This document shows positions 50,453 through 61,143 of a stretch of 64,000 bases of DNA, one piece after another (within the stretch, counting starts at the first letter, position 1; every line of letters begins with the position of its first letter). The DNA comes from a virus (lineage: Duplodnaviria > Caudoviricetes), in the IMG/VR virus record IMGVR_UViG_3300033121_000493, positions 138,583 to 202,582 of that record. One strand, 5' to 3'. The translations under genes were made by a program, and so were the position numbers. The notes below the pieces were generated by a model. That model was not told the origin of the DNA. It did not search any database and saw only the letters and a program-made list of their open reading frames with translations.

Positions 50453-51512
50453 GATGATTGATCACATTGCAGACAAAAACTTACGCGTACTCAACCTCAT
50501 ATCTCAATTGGTTGAGTTGCCGACCTTTGTCAAGTCAGCAAGTATCAATAACATTGACAACCTACCTAGCGATTCGTTCGCAGACAGTGTGTCAAGATTA
50601 TTCCCGTGCCACACGCGACAGGATACTTGGCTATCATACGCGTATTTCATCAAACAAGCCAACTCCGCTAGCAAAGACTATTTTACCAAAGTTAGTTCCA
50701 AGTTTGATGAATTTATACGTCTATGGAATCTGAGCAGCGACTGTGCCACAATAAAGCAAGAATTACAAAAGCAAGCTAATGGCTTGGATTCTTTGTCCGA
50801 CGCCGATTTTGCTATAGTCCAAACTTACAATGGCCAGCTATACCGCGCGCTCCCAATCACAGACGAAACAACTGTCGCAAAAGCCGCCGAGCATCTAACT
50901 ATATACAGAGATAAGTACCCTGTAGCCTGGCGTAAAGAGGCAGCGGCTAGAATCTTGGATAAAGCAACCAAATTAAAAGTAACTATTGACAACCCGTACA
51001 TTACAAAAGCAGCTGGTGTAAATAAGCTGGCTTCAGCCGTAGACGTTGCCGCGCATATTATGCAAAGAGTTCTTCTTGCCAAGAAATATGAATTAAGCGA
51101 TAGCCAAACTGCTATTGTTAAATACGCTAAGAATATTGCCGACTCTGGTACGTTTAATCCGACAGAAGTCGAACAAGTTGTGCATCTATTTGATAAAGGC
51201 TATTCGCTAACCAAAGAATACAACAGAGGTATACCAGCACCGGAAGAAATATGCTATACGGCTACACCCAAGTCCGCGAGTGACGCTACAATCAGATTGA
51301 CGAATGGCGCAATATACGGTAAAGATAGTTTAGCTAAAGCGGGTTTAGCTCCATTTCGCGTCTTAGGAGACGATTTTGTCGCTGCCGTTACTGGACCTGA
51401 GATGCAGTTGGATATGACAAAACTAGCTAGTATCGCCACAACGCTACCGCTACCAGATGCCAAACTTCTTTGTAGCGCGCTAGCAGTTGCAGGTATAGGT
51501 AAACTCAAATGA
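50451..51512 (+). CDS. Putative virion/head internal protein with repeated KxA motifs
   Basis: Two LxxxxFA...RxxP repeats (DUF6582-like) and 10 K-x-A tripeptides. Confidence 0.55.
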   Translation: MMIDHIADKNLRVLNLISQLVELPTFVKSASINNIDNLPSDSFADSVSRLFPCHTRQDTWLSYAYFIKQANSASKDYFTKVSSKFDEFIRLWNLSSDCATIKQELQKQANGLDSLSDADFAIVQTYNGQLYRALPITDETTVAKAAEHLTIYRDKYPVAWRKEAAARILDKATKLKVTIDNPYITKAAGVNKLASAVDVAAHIMQRVLLAKKYELSDSQTAIVKYAKNIADSGTFNPTEVEQVVHLFDKGYSLTKEYNRGIPAPEEICYTATPKSASDATIRLTNGAIYGKDSLAKAGLAPFRVLGDDFVAAVTGPEMQLDMTKLASIATTLPLPDAKLLCSALAVAGIGKLK

Positions 51513-51829
51513 TAGTCGATGTGTTTGAAGAGAACGGATCAGTTGTCGTATGCGACGACACTAAAGGCCGAACTTCAATGCTATGGCAAGACGCGCTAGA
51601 GCGTTGTAAAGCCGTTATACAAACTGAAGAAGCAATGTATAGCCGCTACCATACACGTAAGTACGAATCGCCTGCCCGTAAATGGATTCCACATATCATT
51701 CGCGCAGCTGTTGCCGCCAGAAAATACCATGAGCCTGACTGGGTAGCACCAGCTTGTGTTCTAGACATACCGATAACGCCAAAACCTAGTCGTATAAGAG
51801 TACCAGGGCTCATCCTAGCTGATAGCTAA
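51509..51829 (+). CDS. Hypothetical protein
   Basis: ATGA-coupled to the upstream gene; followed by a terminator. Confidence 0.6.
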   Translation: MIVDVFEENGSVVVCDDTKGRTSMLWQDALERCKAVIQTEEAMYSRYHTRKYESPARKWIPHIIRAAVAARKYHEPDWVAPACVLDIPITPKPSRIRVPGLILADS

Positions 51830-51853
51830 AGTAAAACGCGCGAAATAACAAAG

Positions 51854-51889
51854 AAAAAGCGGCGGGCACTACACCCGCCGCAACTTTTT
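51854..51889. terminator. Bidirectional intrinsic terminator
   Basis: aaaaa-gcggcggg-cactaca-cccgccgc-aacttttt between convergent genes. Confidence 0.85.
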
Positions 51890-51964
51890 AGTGACATACT
51901 GCTTTGAGGCATACGAATAGCAGCCAGATCCCAAGCAACATTCCGAACACCTTGGAATGGAAAC

Positions 51965-52567
51965 TCAATTTGCACCTTCGCTAGTCAGCGTCGGCATACC
52001 AGTGAAACCGCGCAACCAGCCGTATTGCCACAGCTTGATATCATTCAGAATATCGCCGGGCAGAACTTTAAACGTCACAGGGCTGGTACCTGGTAAAACA
52101 GCGGCAGGATCATTGCTGAGCCCGCGCTTGTTGGAAAACGCAACTTGAGTCGTCTGGCTGCCACTACCTGCCACCGTCACCGATTTTTGCAATTTGCTGG
52201 CAAGGAGTTCGCCGGGAATACGTGAAATGTAAGCCATGAGTAGTGCGTTCTGCGCTGCCTTACGGAAAATTGCTGGCGCGGCTGACTCTTCAAGTCCAGC
52301 GTACGTTGTGGCGAGATCGAAACTCGCGGCTACTGGTACGTAGAAACGCGTGCTAAAAATAGTGTTACCGTTCTCGTCGATAACATTCCAGTACCCATCA
52401 GCACCAACAACGATGTTGGCCACGCGGTCGGGGCTCATACCACATCGCCGGGCAATGCAAGCGGCGACAAGAAACACTGGAAGCGTAAGCATAAGCGTAG
52501 TAAGCGTATAAAGATACGCAACGACGATACCAGTGTACGACAGTGCGCGCAGCGAGCGATTGAACAT
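51965..52567 (-). CDS. Hypothetical protein with N-terminal hydrophobic segment
   Basis: AAGGA RBS; GC-richer codons. Confidence 0.6.
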   Translation of the reverse strand: MFNRSLRALSYTGIVVAYLYTLTTLMLTLPVFLVAACIARRCGMSPDRVANIVVGADGYWNVIDENGNTIFSTRFYVPVAASFDLATTYAGLEESAAPAIFRKAAQNALLMAYISRIPGELLASKLQKSVTVAGSGSQTTQVAFSNKRGLSNDPAAVLPGTSPVTFKVLPGDILNDIKLWQYGWLRGFTGMPTLTSEGAN

Positions 52568-52590
52568 TTGTGTTCCTTGGGTTGGCGGTT

Positions 52591-53028
52591 TTTGTTACAG
52601 GCGGAAGTGGTCACACAGACAGTGCAAGCTTAGCGGAGGGAGTAAGTTTGAAAAACTTAACGTTACCTTTTGTCTTAGTGACAGTTATCAGTTTTGCTGC
52701 GCGCAATCTACGTAGTATGCGATTTCTGTACGACCGGTCGATGCGCTTTCCAGTTTTGCCGATATACAATCGGCCAATCTGATCTCCGAAAGCTTCGTCG
52801 ACGCTGTTGATACTCAGCAAGATAGCCCTGGCATTTGATGAAATATGTAACGGTTTATGGTTTTTGGGTTCAGTCTTTGCGATAGTTGTCGTAGCGAGCC
52901 AACTACGCATTGGTGAGTTCGTTTGGAGCATTTGTCGCCTTTCACGTACGGTGAGAGTTTGTCACGGTCGAGGGTCTTTGTTACAAGCGAAAGTGGTCAC
53001 ACAGATCGCGCAAGCTTAGCGGAGCGAG
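52591..53028 (-). repeat. 52-nt repeat (52591-52642 and 52977-53028, 46/52 identical) upstream of two consecutive genes; probable cis-regulatory element
   Basis: Read in different frames in the two copies, so conservation is at DNA level. Confidence 0.8.
52611..52931 (-). CDS. PadR-like winged-helix regulator
   Basis: ILLSI...ILRRLRAAKLI...KFFKLTPSAK. Confidence 0.7.
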   Translation of the reverse strand: MLQTNSPMRSWLATTTIAKTEPKNHKPLHISSNARAILLSINSVDEAFGDQIGRLYIGKTGKRIDRSYRNRILRRLRAAKLITVTKTKGNVKFFKLTPSAKLALSV

Positions 53029-56000
53029 CCAGACAGATACTAGTATCTTTTTTAATTTGTTAGTTGTAACACTGTGGTAATTTTCTACATTTAATCGTAT
53101 GTGGTTATCCAGCGAAGAAAATGGGTACTGCCTAGAGCGATCTGAGGCTACTCCAATACAACGTAAAGACATTGCTGTCAGTTTAACAAATGAAATGGAT
53201 GTTTTCATTGCGTTACTATATGGACCACATCTCATTAACGCTCCAATAAGCTCTTCTGATTCTACCCAGCGCTTTTTACATATCATTCATGCTCCAGGGT
53301 GTACTACTGATACGAGACAATCGCTCGGAATAACCGCTTCTCCACTAACTTGAATTACATCATCCAGGCGATCAAACACGCATTGCCAATATCCCATTAA
53401 GATATCTGATAACCTGGAAAATGGAATTTGTTTGAAAAACTGCCGACTAGGATAAAGAAACCACGGATCGCCAGGGCAGTCATTTCCTAGTCTACGCTCG
53501 TAATCTCCAACGTAGATATTAAACATTACAGCGCGTGCACTGATTACTACGGCTAAACCAATATGGCGCGATTCTGTTTGCCACATTTTAATCAGTAAAG
53601 CTCAAACGACAGCTATTAACAAAGTTCGTATAACCGGGGTATACTTTGTCATATAACTCTTGCGCTATGACGGACAATTGACCGAATATCGGTTGTTTAT
53701 ATAGCCACAGGCGATTTGCGATGCCAGCACTTTTTATTTTGCTTTCTGGGATAATATGAGGCAAATATGTAGTAATACCGCTATTAATTTGGGGTGTTGT
53801 GTATATCTCTTGCGACCTACGCACGCCAGGTTCTCCACAGACTAATGTCTATATTGCGCAATTTGCCGTATATCGCCACAGTAAATTGACTATGTAATTC
53901 CGCTAATAAATTTGAAAGATCTTCCATCCAGTTTACGTAAAAAACCCACGCAGGATTTTCCTTTGAATTATGGCGCAATTCATCTTCTGTAAAAATAAAG
54001 TTTTTAAAGCCAGGCATAAATGCTGGACTAGTGTATAGCTCTTGCGATTTACGAATACCGGGTTTTCCTCAGCCCAGTATCTATACTAGCCAATTCGGCG
54101 TATAGCACCGTAGTAACCTGACTATGGAATTCCGTTAATAAATTTGAAAGATCTTCCATAACATCTCTGTAATAAGCCCACGCAACATTTGCAGGTGCCT
54201 TACTACCGCACAATTCATCTTCTGTAAAAATAAAGTTTTTTAAGCCAGGTATAAATGCTGGACTAGTGTAGATTTCCTGGGATAAAGCCATTACTTATTG
54301 CAACACCTTTCTAGCCCACCAGCTTATACCGATAAGCATTTTCCGCATAACTATATTTCCGTATACCCGTTTCGTAAATCCAGTAAATTCTGGAAAAAAC
54401 TCAAATATGTAGTAACACCACGCCACAGCGTCCTTCTGGCTGCTGTGGTAAGATTCAACAACATTCACAATGTAATTTGGTATAGTCACAAGCTTGCTGC
54501 GTTTATCTAATCGTAAGCGTGACATGGTAGCGTATACTTCTAGAGCTACAAAGCGGCGATGCTGTAATGGTGTCGACAAAGTAGGTTCACCAGTCTGCGG
54601 CCTAACGCCTCAATTGCTCTACTATTTTTTTGAAAACTATCTGTTAAACAATGTACACGTGCGGTAAATAACATGCGCAAATACGGGCGCTTGAGTACAA
54701 TGTATGTAGTTACTATTACTCTGTTGCCGCAGGTTGATTCTACTATATTCGCATTCATACCTTTAGCAGGATCTGCTCTTATCACTAATACATTACTTAT
54801 CACTATTTCTTTTGACCTGGGTCTAGCCATACCCATTAATTTTTTGTTAGCTCGTCAATATGGGATTGCCGCAAAGCCCAGTCTATTGTGTCACTAAGTG
54901 TAGCTGTTGTATTAGGGTGTCTCCAGTTTGTAGACACGTAACTCATGAGTTCAAGAACACCTACAAATCTTAGTTGTAGCGCCTCTGGAACTTTATTCCA
55001 TTGCGTCTGGCTGTCGCTTTCCATGTCGACCTTTCTGTGAATAGCACTTCTCCGCTACTCGACGTACTGTAAAATTTACTACTCTATCTATTCCTACGGC
55101 AATTCCATCCACGCCTGGACGTTTCCATTTAGTAAGATTGTAAAGCCTGATGATTAGACTTACATCTATTAGTACGCAGGTAGTAAAACCACCCTTAAAT
55201 ACAGATACGCCCGGCTTGCAATCACCATCGGCGTTGTAGAAATCAAAGTTTACATTTTTAGCTACGTCTTGCGTGTGAATCGCGGCGGTACGAGTCCTAG
55301 TCATTTACGGTTGCTCACTGCGTGTATACCAATTATCCGTACGGTATTTGTACGATATATTGCACACTGTACGATGAATTATTTCGTACACAACGCTTGC
55401 GTCATTGCCTGCCCAGACGTGCTTGCCTCGCGTAAACCGACCGAGTTTTATTAGTAACGTTATGCGTATCGCTGCGCTGATAGCCGTACAATTATGCTCC
55501 AACTTTGGCGAAATTACATGATTAATAATTGAAGTAAAACTGGCGTTAACTACTTCAAAATATACAAATCTAGATTTGTCAGCTACGCTACTCACGACAC
55601 CAAAGACGCTTGTAATCTTCTCGTGCGACATCGGCTTGCGCGAAGATTTCTTCTTCGCGGTCTTCCATTACGGCGCTAGAAATGTTAGTCGCGTCAGACC
55701 GGTTTATCTTGCGGATTATACACGTATACACCGCCAATGCTGTGTGTTCGCTGTGTACTGTGGCACTAGGTAGGTTAGTTACTTCGGGATCATGGTAGCC
55801 TATAGCACGTTTACAATGGTAACTAAATACAAACATTACGGCTAGTGAGAACTTACAATCTCTTTGTACCATTGCATCCTTACGCTGGTTGCCGATAGGA
55901 GCATATTACGATACACTGCGCTGGCGTCAATTGCCTCACTAAACTTGTACGTATTTGGCGCTTTGATTGTGAGCCTAATAATAGGACCAAATATACCATG

Positions 56001-59000
56001 CATTACAACGTCACTTCTACTGCTGAGGGGAACACGATGGTATACAGATTTGTGGCTTTTTTTAGCCCGTAGCAGAAAAAACTCTATCTCAATACAGTTA
56101 AATTTACGTGTCATTTGTGATAAACATCCGCGTTACGGAAAACTTACAGTCGTTTTGCAGCATGCGTTGTTAGAGATTCTCCTTATCTAGCCCGCGTACT
56201 AGCTTTGCTCTTATACGTCGCATCATGTCTTTCGTTTCTACATCTGGCCGAAATGAAAAAAGAATATACTTAGACGCTGCTACTATACGCACATCTACAA
56301 GAACCTTTAGTAACATAATGTGCAGTATAGTAACGCGGGCCTGTAAATACGTAGGTGACCATATATAAAACTCTATTGGCTTAGACTTAACCATTTCCTA
56401 CAATCAGCAAAGTATAGTCTATAAAACCAATCAACAGCGTTATTAAAAACTCTATGCCGCAATCGGCGTTGGAGTAGAATAGCTTCGTCATTTGTAAACC
56501 ACGTGTGTGCTACGTATATCCATATCTGGCTGCCCACTTCTTGTTCATGCATTACCCTAGTAGTACCGTTATTACTTACTACAAATTTGACACTTGAAGA
56601 CCCCTGGTTGTTTTCACGCCACTTTGGCCTTTCTACGCCCCACAAAGATCTTTTTGAGTTTGGTCGCACGGATTAGCACCATGTTTGCTCGGCTAAAAAC
56701 TAAACTCATTACGTGGCTGACAATATTAGACGCGGTACTATTGTGACTAATCACAAATGCGTATAGATGCGTTAACGGCGCAACACCTAAAACTAGCGCT
56801 TTTCTATCTTTGAATTTAATCATGCCCACCGTGGCTTCGCTAGTCATGCAGTTGGATACGATAAAATTTAATTCTAGCGCCCGGACTTTTCTAGAAGCTA
56901 TAGCTTTAATCCTCTACGTAATTTGCTGTATATTTTACCGGCTATCATGAAAATCGGGTTTGTTTTTCTGTACTCCGTCTCAAAGTCTGTGCCATAGTCA
57001 ACAATTAATATATTAGTTAAGACAATCAACTCACTTTTGTATCTTGTGGAGACGTTAATAGCTTTATTCCAAGAACCAGCGCTGGATTCAAACCAGATAG
57101 GCAACGCTACAGTACCGACTTTTTCCACGCTCTAGCTACCTGTTGTAATAGATTTTGCAGTCTGTGTTCAACATTAAATAGAATTACTGCGTCTTTAACA
57201 GGCACACTATCGTCTGCTAGTAGCACAGGACAAACATGAACGCAGATATCATAGTTTAGACGATTCCATTTATAGAGCACATTCCACCCACCGTTAAATG
57301 AGCTGTAAATATCTACACTGAGCGCTAGCGGCTCACGCATGTGGACTTTCTGCTTCGGTAGTTTCAGTGATTATTAGGTGGGGTAGTAATAGCTTTTGCG
57401 TAATGAATGCTACGTCTCTTACACAGCGTCCAATAAAGAATACAATAGCTATACAGTCGGTTGTATACCCAGACCCAGTGTAATTTATGCCCCAGGCGAG
57501 TGCTGAATCCTCGTTAATGTCTTGATTGACAAGTATGTCGTTGCGCCGCTTCATATGTTTAACTTGTTGTATAACTTTTGGGTTAGCGTAACCAAACCCG
57601 TGACTTACAAAAATCACGTCAAATGATCGTTTTGCTTCAGCCATACAGCTATTTTCGTTAAGGCAGCAACGCTCATATGATATTTTGTAAACTTGACCTG
57701 TATGCGGCCACTACCGGACTATCGTCCCTGTTAACATTTGTGACATCGTACAGTAATACAAGTGCACCACTGGATATAACATTAACGTGGACCATAGTCA
57801 CTAAAAACTCGTCCTTTGATTTTTGTATATTAACTGCCCGGCGGTACTCTGGATAGCTTGTTGTCATAAATCTAACGCTTGCTGCTGCCTGCTTTGGCAC
57901 GGCTCTCCTTATTACCAAGCTTTGCACATTGTCAGGTATATATTAGTTGTTTTACTGCCTAAACAGGCACTTAACATTTCGGCGTTTTTATGCTCAAAAG
58001 TATTGTCACAGTATATAAAGAAACGTAATCCATGCGCTATACGTGCTATTTCTTTTAAATAGTACTCATCTATATCATCATCACTTGGCATTGGATAAAA
58101 GACACTGGTACCTATGGGTACGTGTTGCTTTATCCTAAACACAATATCGTGTGACTTGCTGGCTAACATGACTAATGTCACCTTACCATAGTACGTAACG
58201 CTATCCACTGCGCAGCTATAACGCGTCCAGTCTCCGAGTGCGCTAATTCAATTCTACGTGTGGTTATTGACGGTAATTTTCCAAGCAGCGATGTTCTGGG
58301 TACAATATACACAAAAATAGCTATTTCACTGTGCCATATTTCGGCAAGATTACGTAGTGTGATATAAGATAAACATGCATTACATATTGAAAAGCGTACT
58401 GCTCGGCTCGTGTCTAGCGCCATATTACGCTTTCGGTTTGGCGGCATGCTTGCATCGTTTGTCTGTCCAAAATGTCATACGCAATACTTCGTGCGAACAT
58501 ACGATTTGCGTGGCTGGACATAGTGCTTACGATAAATGTTATTACACTGTAATCCGGAGCGCCTAACTTGTGCAATATCTTACTGCCGCCACGGTTACGG
58601 CATATCCTGATAGTAATTTCATAACTATCACCCATGAGTAAACCCGCAACGACGCAACACTGAGTCGAACACTGCACGGATACAAATGTATGCTGGGTTT
58701 GGTTTGCTTAGTCTAAAAATAGTACTTCTATGAACAATCATACGACAGTGTATTGTATGTCTACTTTTAATTTCAAATTTTGTAATTCCGCAATTATCGC
58801 GCGAGGAATCCCAGAACTCATATTCAAACTCAATTTCATGTGAAAATCCTGTTCCGTACGGCATATAACAAGACAATGCATGGCTAAGGCGGTCAAGGGG
58901 TTTACGTGCTGTTCTAGCCATTGTATTGTGCTGTGGTATCATAACCACTTTATTATGCGCAAATAATGGTTGTGCTAGCAAGCTTTGGCGCAATACGTAC

Positions 59001-59110
59001 GCTCTACATCCTATTACGTTATGGAATCTGTCATTGTAGTACCCTATGCCCGCGTTATGGTCATACCCGTCTACCAGTCGAATGTTAACTTCGAGGCTTT
59101 CAGCTTCCAC
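52981..59110 (-). other. Array B of about 20 overlapping short ORFs (mostly 60-110 aa), including clear paralogs
   Basis: SQEIY/NFIFTEDEL/AWxxY/DLSNLL family at 53287-54579; weaker neighbour similarities further along. Confidence 0.65.
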
Positions 59111-59315
59111 TATGCGAGCGCCTATGTAACGGGTTTAATCATCTGTTTCGCGTCCTATCCTACTTCTGACAGCTGTGCCGTCTTCAAGTACACCCCAGAC
59201 AGCCCGGTTTGGATTGTACGGTTCTCCATACCCGTCACCGAAGCTATCTTTGAACGGACCTTCTTTGAACTTACGCGCTCTGGCTAAATCATTAAATTCA
59301 GATATGGGTATGAAT

Positions 59316-59531
59316 TTATGGGTTGTTTGAATTGAATCCACGCGGTCTCCAGTGTGTTGGCTCGTAATAAACGTACATTCCGTCGCGTAAAAACCACAGT
59401 CGTCCTTGTTTACGCAACTCAACAACTTTATATGGGTCTGAGTTATCGGGATCGGTTGTTGTTTCAATGAATATGTCGTTTGGCGCGGTAGCGATATCGC
59501 GCCAGCCATTTGACCAAGAACTATTAGCCAT
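59316..59531 (-). CDS. DUF551-like small protein
   Basis: WRDIATAP...PTHWRP. Confidence 0.7.
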   Translation of the reverse strand: MANSSWSNGWRDIATAPNDIFIETTTDPDNSDPYKVVELRKQGRLWFLRDGMYVYYEPTHWRPRGFNSNNP

Positions 59532-59739
59532 GTTCGCTGCTCGTGGTATTAGCCTCTTCTGCTTTTGAAAGTAGCCAAGTTTCATAAGAACACCACAGAC
59601 ATAGCTTATCGCCGCTTAAACAGCTGGCGCAGTGTATCTGTCCGCAATTAGCGCATGGTGCTCTATCTTCTACGTTTACGGCATAGCATAATGGGCATTC
59701 AAAGTAATTATCGTCGTCAAACTTTTCTGATACTGACAT
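59524..59739 (-). CDS. Cys-rich zinc-finger protein
   Basis: Four CxxC motifs. Confidence 0.6.
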   Translation of the reverse strand: MSVSEKFDDDNYFECPLCYAVNVEDRAPCANCGQIHCASCLSGDKLCLWCSYETWLLSKAEEANTTSSEHG

Positions 59740-59752
59740 TTAGAACTCTTTG

Positions 59753-59926
59753 CTAATTGGTATGATTATTACCAGCAAACATGCTGCCTACTACCAGAGC
59801 CAAATAAGCCGCGCCAACACCAAAAACCAAGAAATCCGTCAGAACCGCAAGCCACTTTGATGGCTCACACTTTTCCGTAGGAGTCAAATCACTATAGGCG
59901 CTAGGCATCGAACTACGGTCATTCAT
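59753..59926 (-). CDS. Small membrane protein
   Basis: AAGGAG RBS with ATG at 59926; one TM helix. Confidence 0.6.
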   Translation of the reverse strand: MNDRSSMPSAYSDLTPTEKCEPSKWLAVLTDFLVFGVGAAYLALVVGSMFAGNNHTN

Positions 59927-59958
59927 GGCTTTCTCCTTTTGTAAGATGTAACTAACAA

Positions 59959-60071
59959 CTGAGGTTGGAGGATTCGAACCGCCTGCTAGGTATAATCTAC
60001 TGCCAGTACCCAGTAGACATAAGCTAGCTACGTTAAAAATTACGTAGTGTGTCCCACCACACTTAACCCCA
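59959..60071 (-). ncRNA. tRNA-like RNA, 113 nt, with enlarged Lys(UUU)-like anticodon loop and about 45-nt variable arm
   Basis: Acceptor TGGGGTT/AACCTCA, D-arm GTGT/ACAC, anticodon stem CTACG/CGTAG, T-arm GGCGG-TTCGAAT-CCTCC. Confidence 0.75.
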
Positions 60072-60093
60072 ACCACACAGTTCGTGTAACGCG

Positions 60094-60825
60094 CTACGTT
60101 GGCGGACGCCAATTCCAGACCGGGTTTCCAGCTGCTGCTTGTTTAAGATAAGTGCCATCGACTTTGTCATGTCGTACATATTTAGCTAGAAATTCAACCT
60201 TGCCTTGGCTCTCTACGCGCCATACGCATCCTTCTACTGGATCTATTGCACCGTGTGCCTCTGCAGATAACTTACTGACTGCCACCTCTATAGACATAGG
60301 TGGCCCAACACTTATGAGTTGTGGTAAAACAAAGCGATCGCCAATGCGAGTCGCAAACTCACTGTACGTTAGCCTGGTGTCGCCACGCATTATGTCGAAT
60401 GGGACAAACGGTAGGTGTGGGAGGTTGTATCTAGTGCCGTGGGCCAATGCCAACCACTCACCTACAACACGCTCGCCGTCTTCAAGAAAATCAAATAATG
60501 AGGTGTTGGCGTAGGCCCATTGTGCAAACAACTTTAAATGCTCAAATTGGTGGGCAATAGCTGGAACGCCAGCGCGACTAAGTGGCACAAGCGCGCCATC
60601 TATCTTAGCCACAGCCGTGCACGCCCCGTCTAGCTTTTGCTGCACTATTACTATATCGTTTACGTTGCGCGCTTTACTTAATAGTATCGCGGTTTGGCCC
60701 TTGTTTATGTGATGGTCTCCAGGTCCAAGCCGACTTCCTGGAAGATGTGGTATAGAGCCGTAGGCTTTTCTGCCTAGCGGTTTAGTCAGACTGGTGTTTG
60801 TGGTTATGTCCATTGCCGCTACCAA
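60094..60825 (-). CDS. RNA ligase, Rnl2-like nucleotidyltransferase
   Basis: Motif I QKLDG, SR, GEW, FDI, EGCVWR, AKYV. Confidence 0.85.
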   Translation of the reverse strand: MVAAMDITTNTSLTKPLGRKAYGSIPHLPGSRLGPGDHHINKGQTAILLSKARNVNDIVIVQQKLDGACTAVAKIDGALVPLSRAGVPAIAHQFEHLKLFAQWAYANTSLFDFLEDGERVVGEWLALAHGTRYNLPHLPFVPFDIMRGDTRLTYSEFATRIGDRFVLPQLISVGPPMSIEVAVSKLSAEAHGAIDPVEGCVWRVESQGKVEFLAKYVRHDKVDGTYLKQAAAGNPVWNWRPPT

Positions 60826-60867
60826 AAGGGGCCACGTAATGTCTACATAGCCCCGCCAAATAGAAAA

Positions 60868-61113
60868 TCAACTCGTCACCTTGTTCAGGTGGATTTTCCA
60901 GTCCGCCATCACCTTGTCGAAGTCCCTATTGCCGTAGATTAGGTTGTCACCGGCGTGGCAAATCACACCATTTCTGACGGATGTGTTTGATCTTGAAATA
61001 GCTGTGACGTAGGGTAGAAGAACGAACGCATCGCCGAGATCTAGAACTTTGTCGAAGCCGTGGTAAACTTCATGCGGGGCTTCACGCTTGGTTTTTGCTT
61101 TGGCCTTAGCCAC
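60868..61113 (-). CDS. Hypothetical protein
   Basis: AAGGAG RBS; GC-richer codon usage. Confidence 0.6.
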   Translation of the reverse strand: MAKAKAKTKREAPHEVYHGFDKVLDLGDAFVLLPYVTAISRSNTSVRNGVICHAGDNLIYGNRDFDKVMADWKIHLNKVTS

Positions 61114-61143
61114 GATTGCTCCTTTTGCGTGTGGTTGGTTGCA

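Noticed and set aside
53817-54291. Diversity-generating retroelement TR/VR pair
   Set aside because: Mismatches include C/G changes and an indel, so they are not adenine-specific; no reverse transcriptase is seen in the window
52981-59110. Stop-codon recoding as the cause of the short ORFs
   Set aside because: Core genes are full length in the standard code; consecutive short ORFs mostly change frame, use all three stops and several have their own RBS
59959-60071. tmRNA or a canonical functional tRNA
   Set aside because: Too short for tmRNA and no tag ORF; the 10-nt anticodon loop, T-stem mismatch and oversized arm do not fit a standard tRNA
59927-60112. N-terminal extension of ORF 59753-60112
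   Set aside because: Overlaps the tRNA-like element; a strong RBS supports the start at 59926
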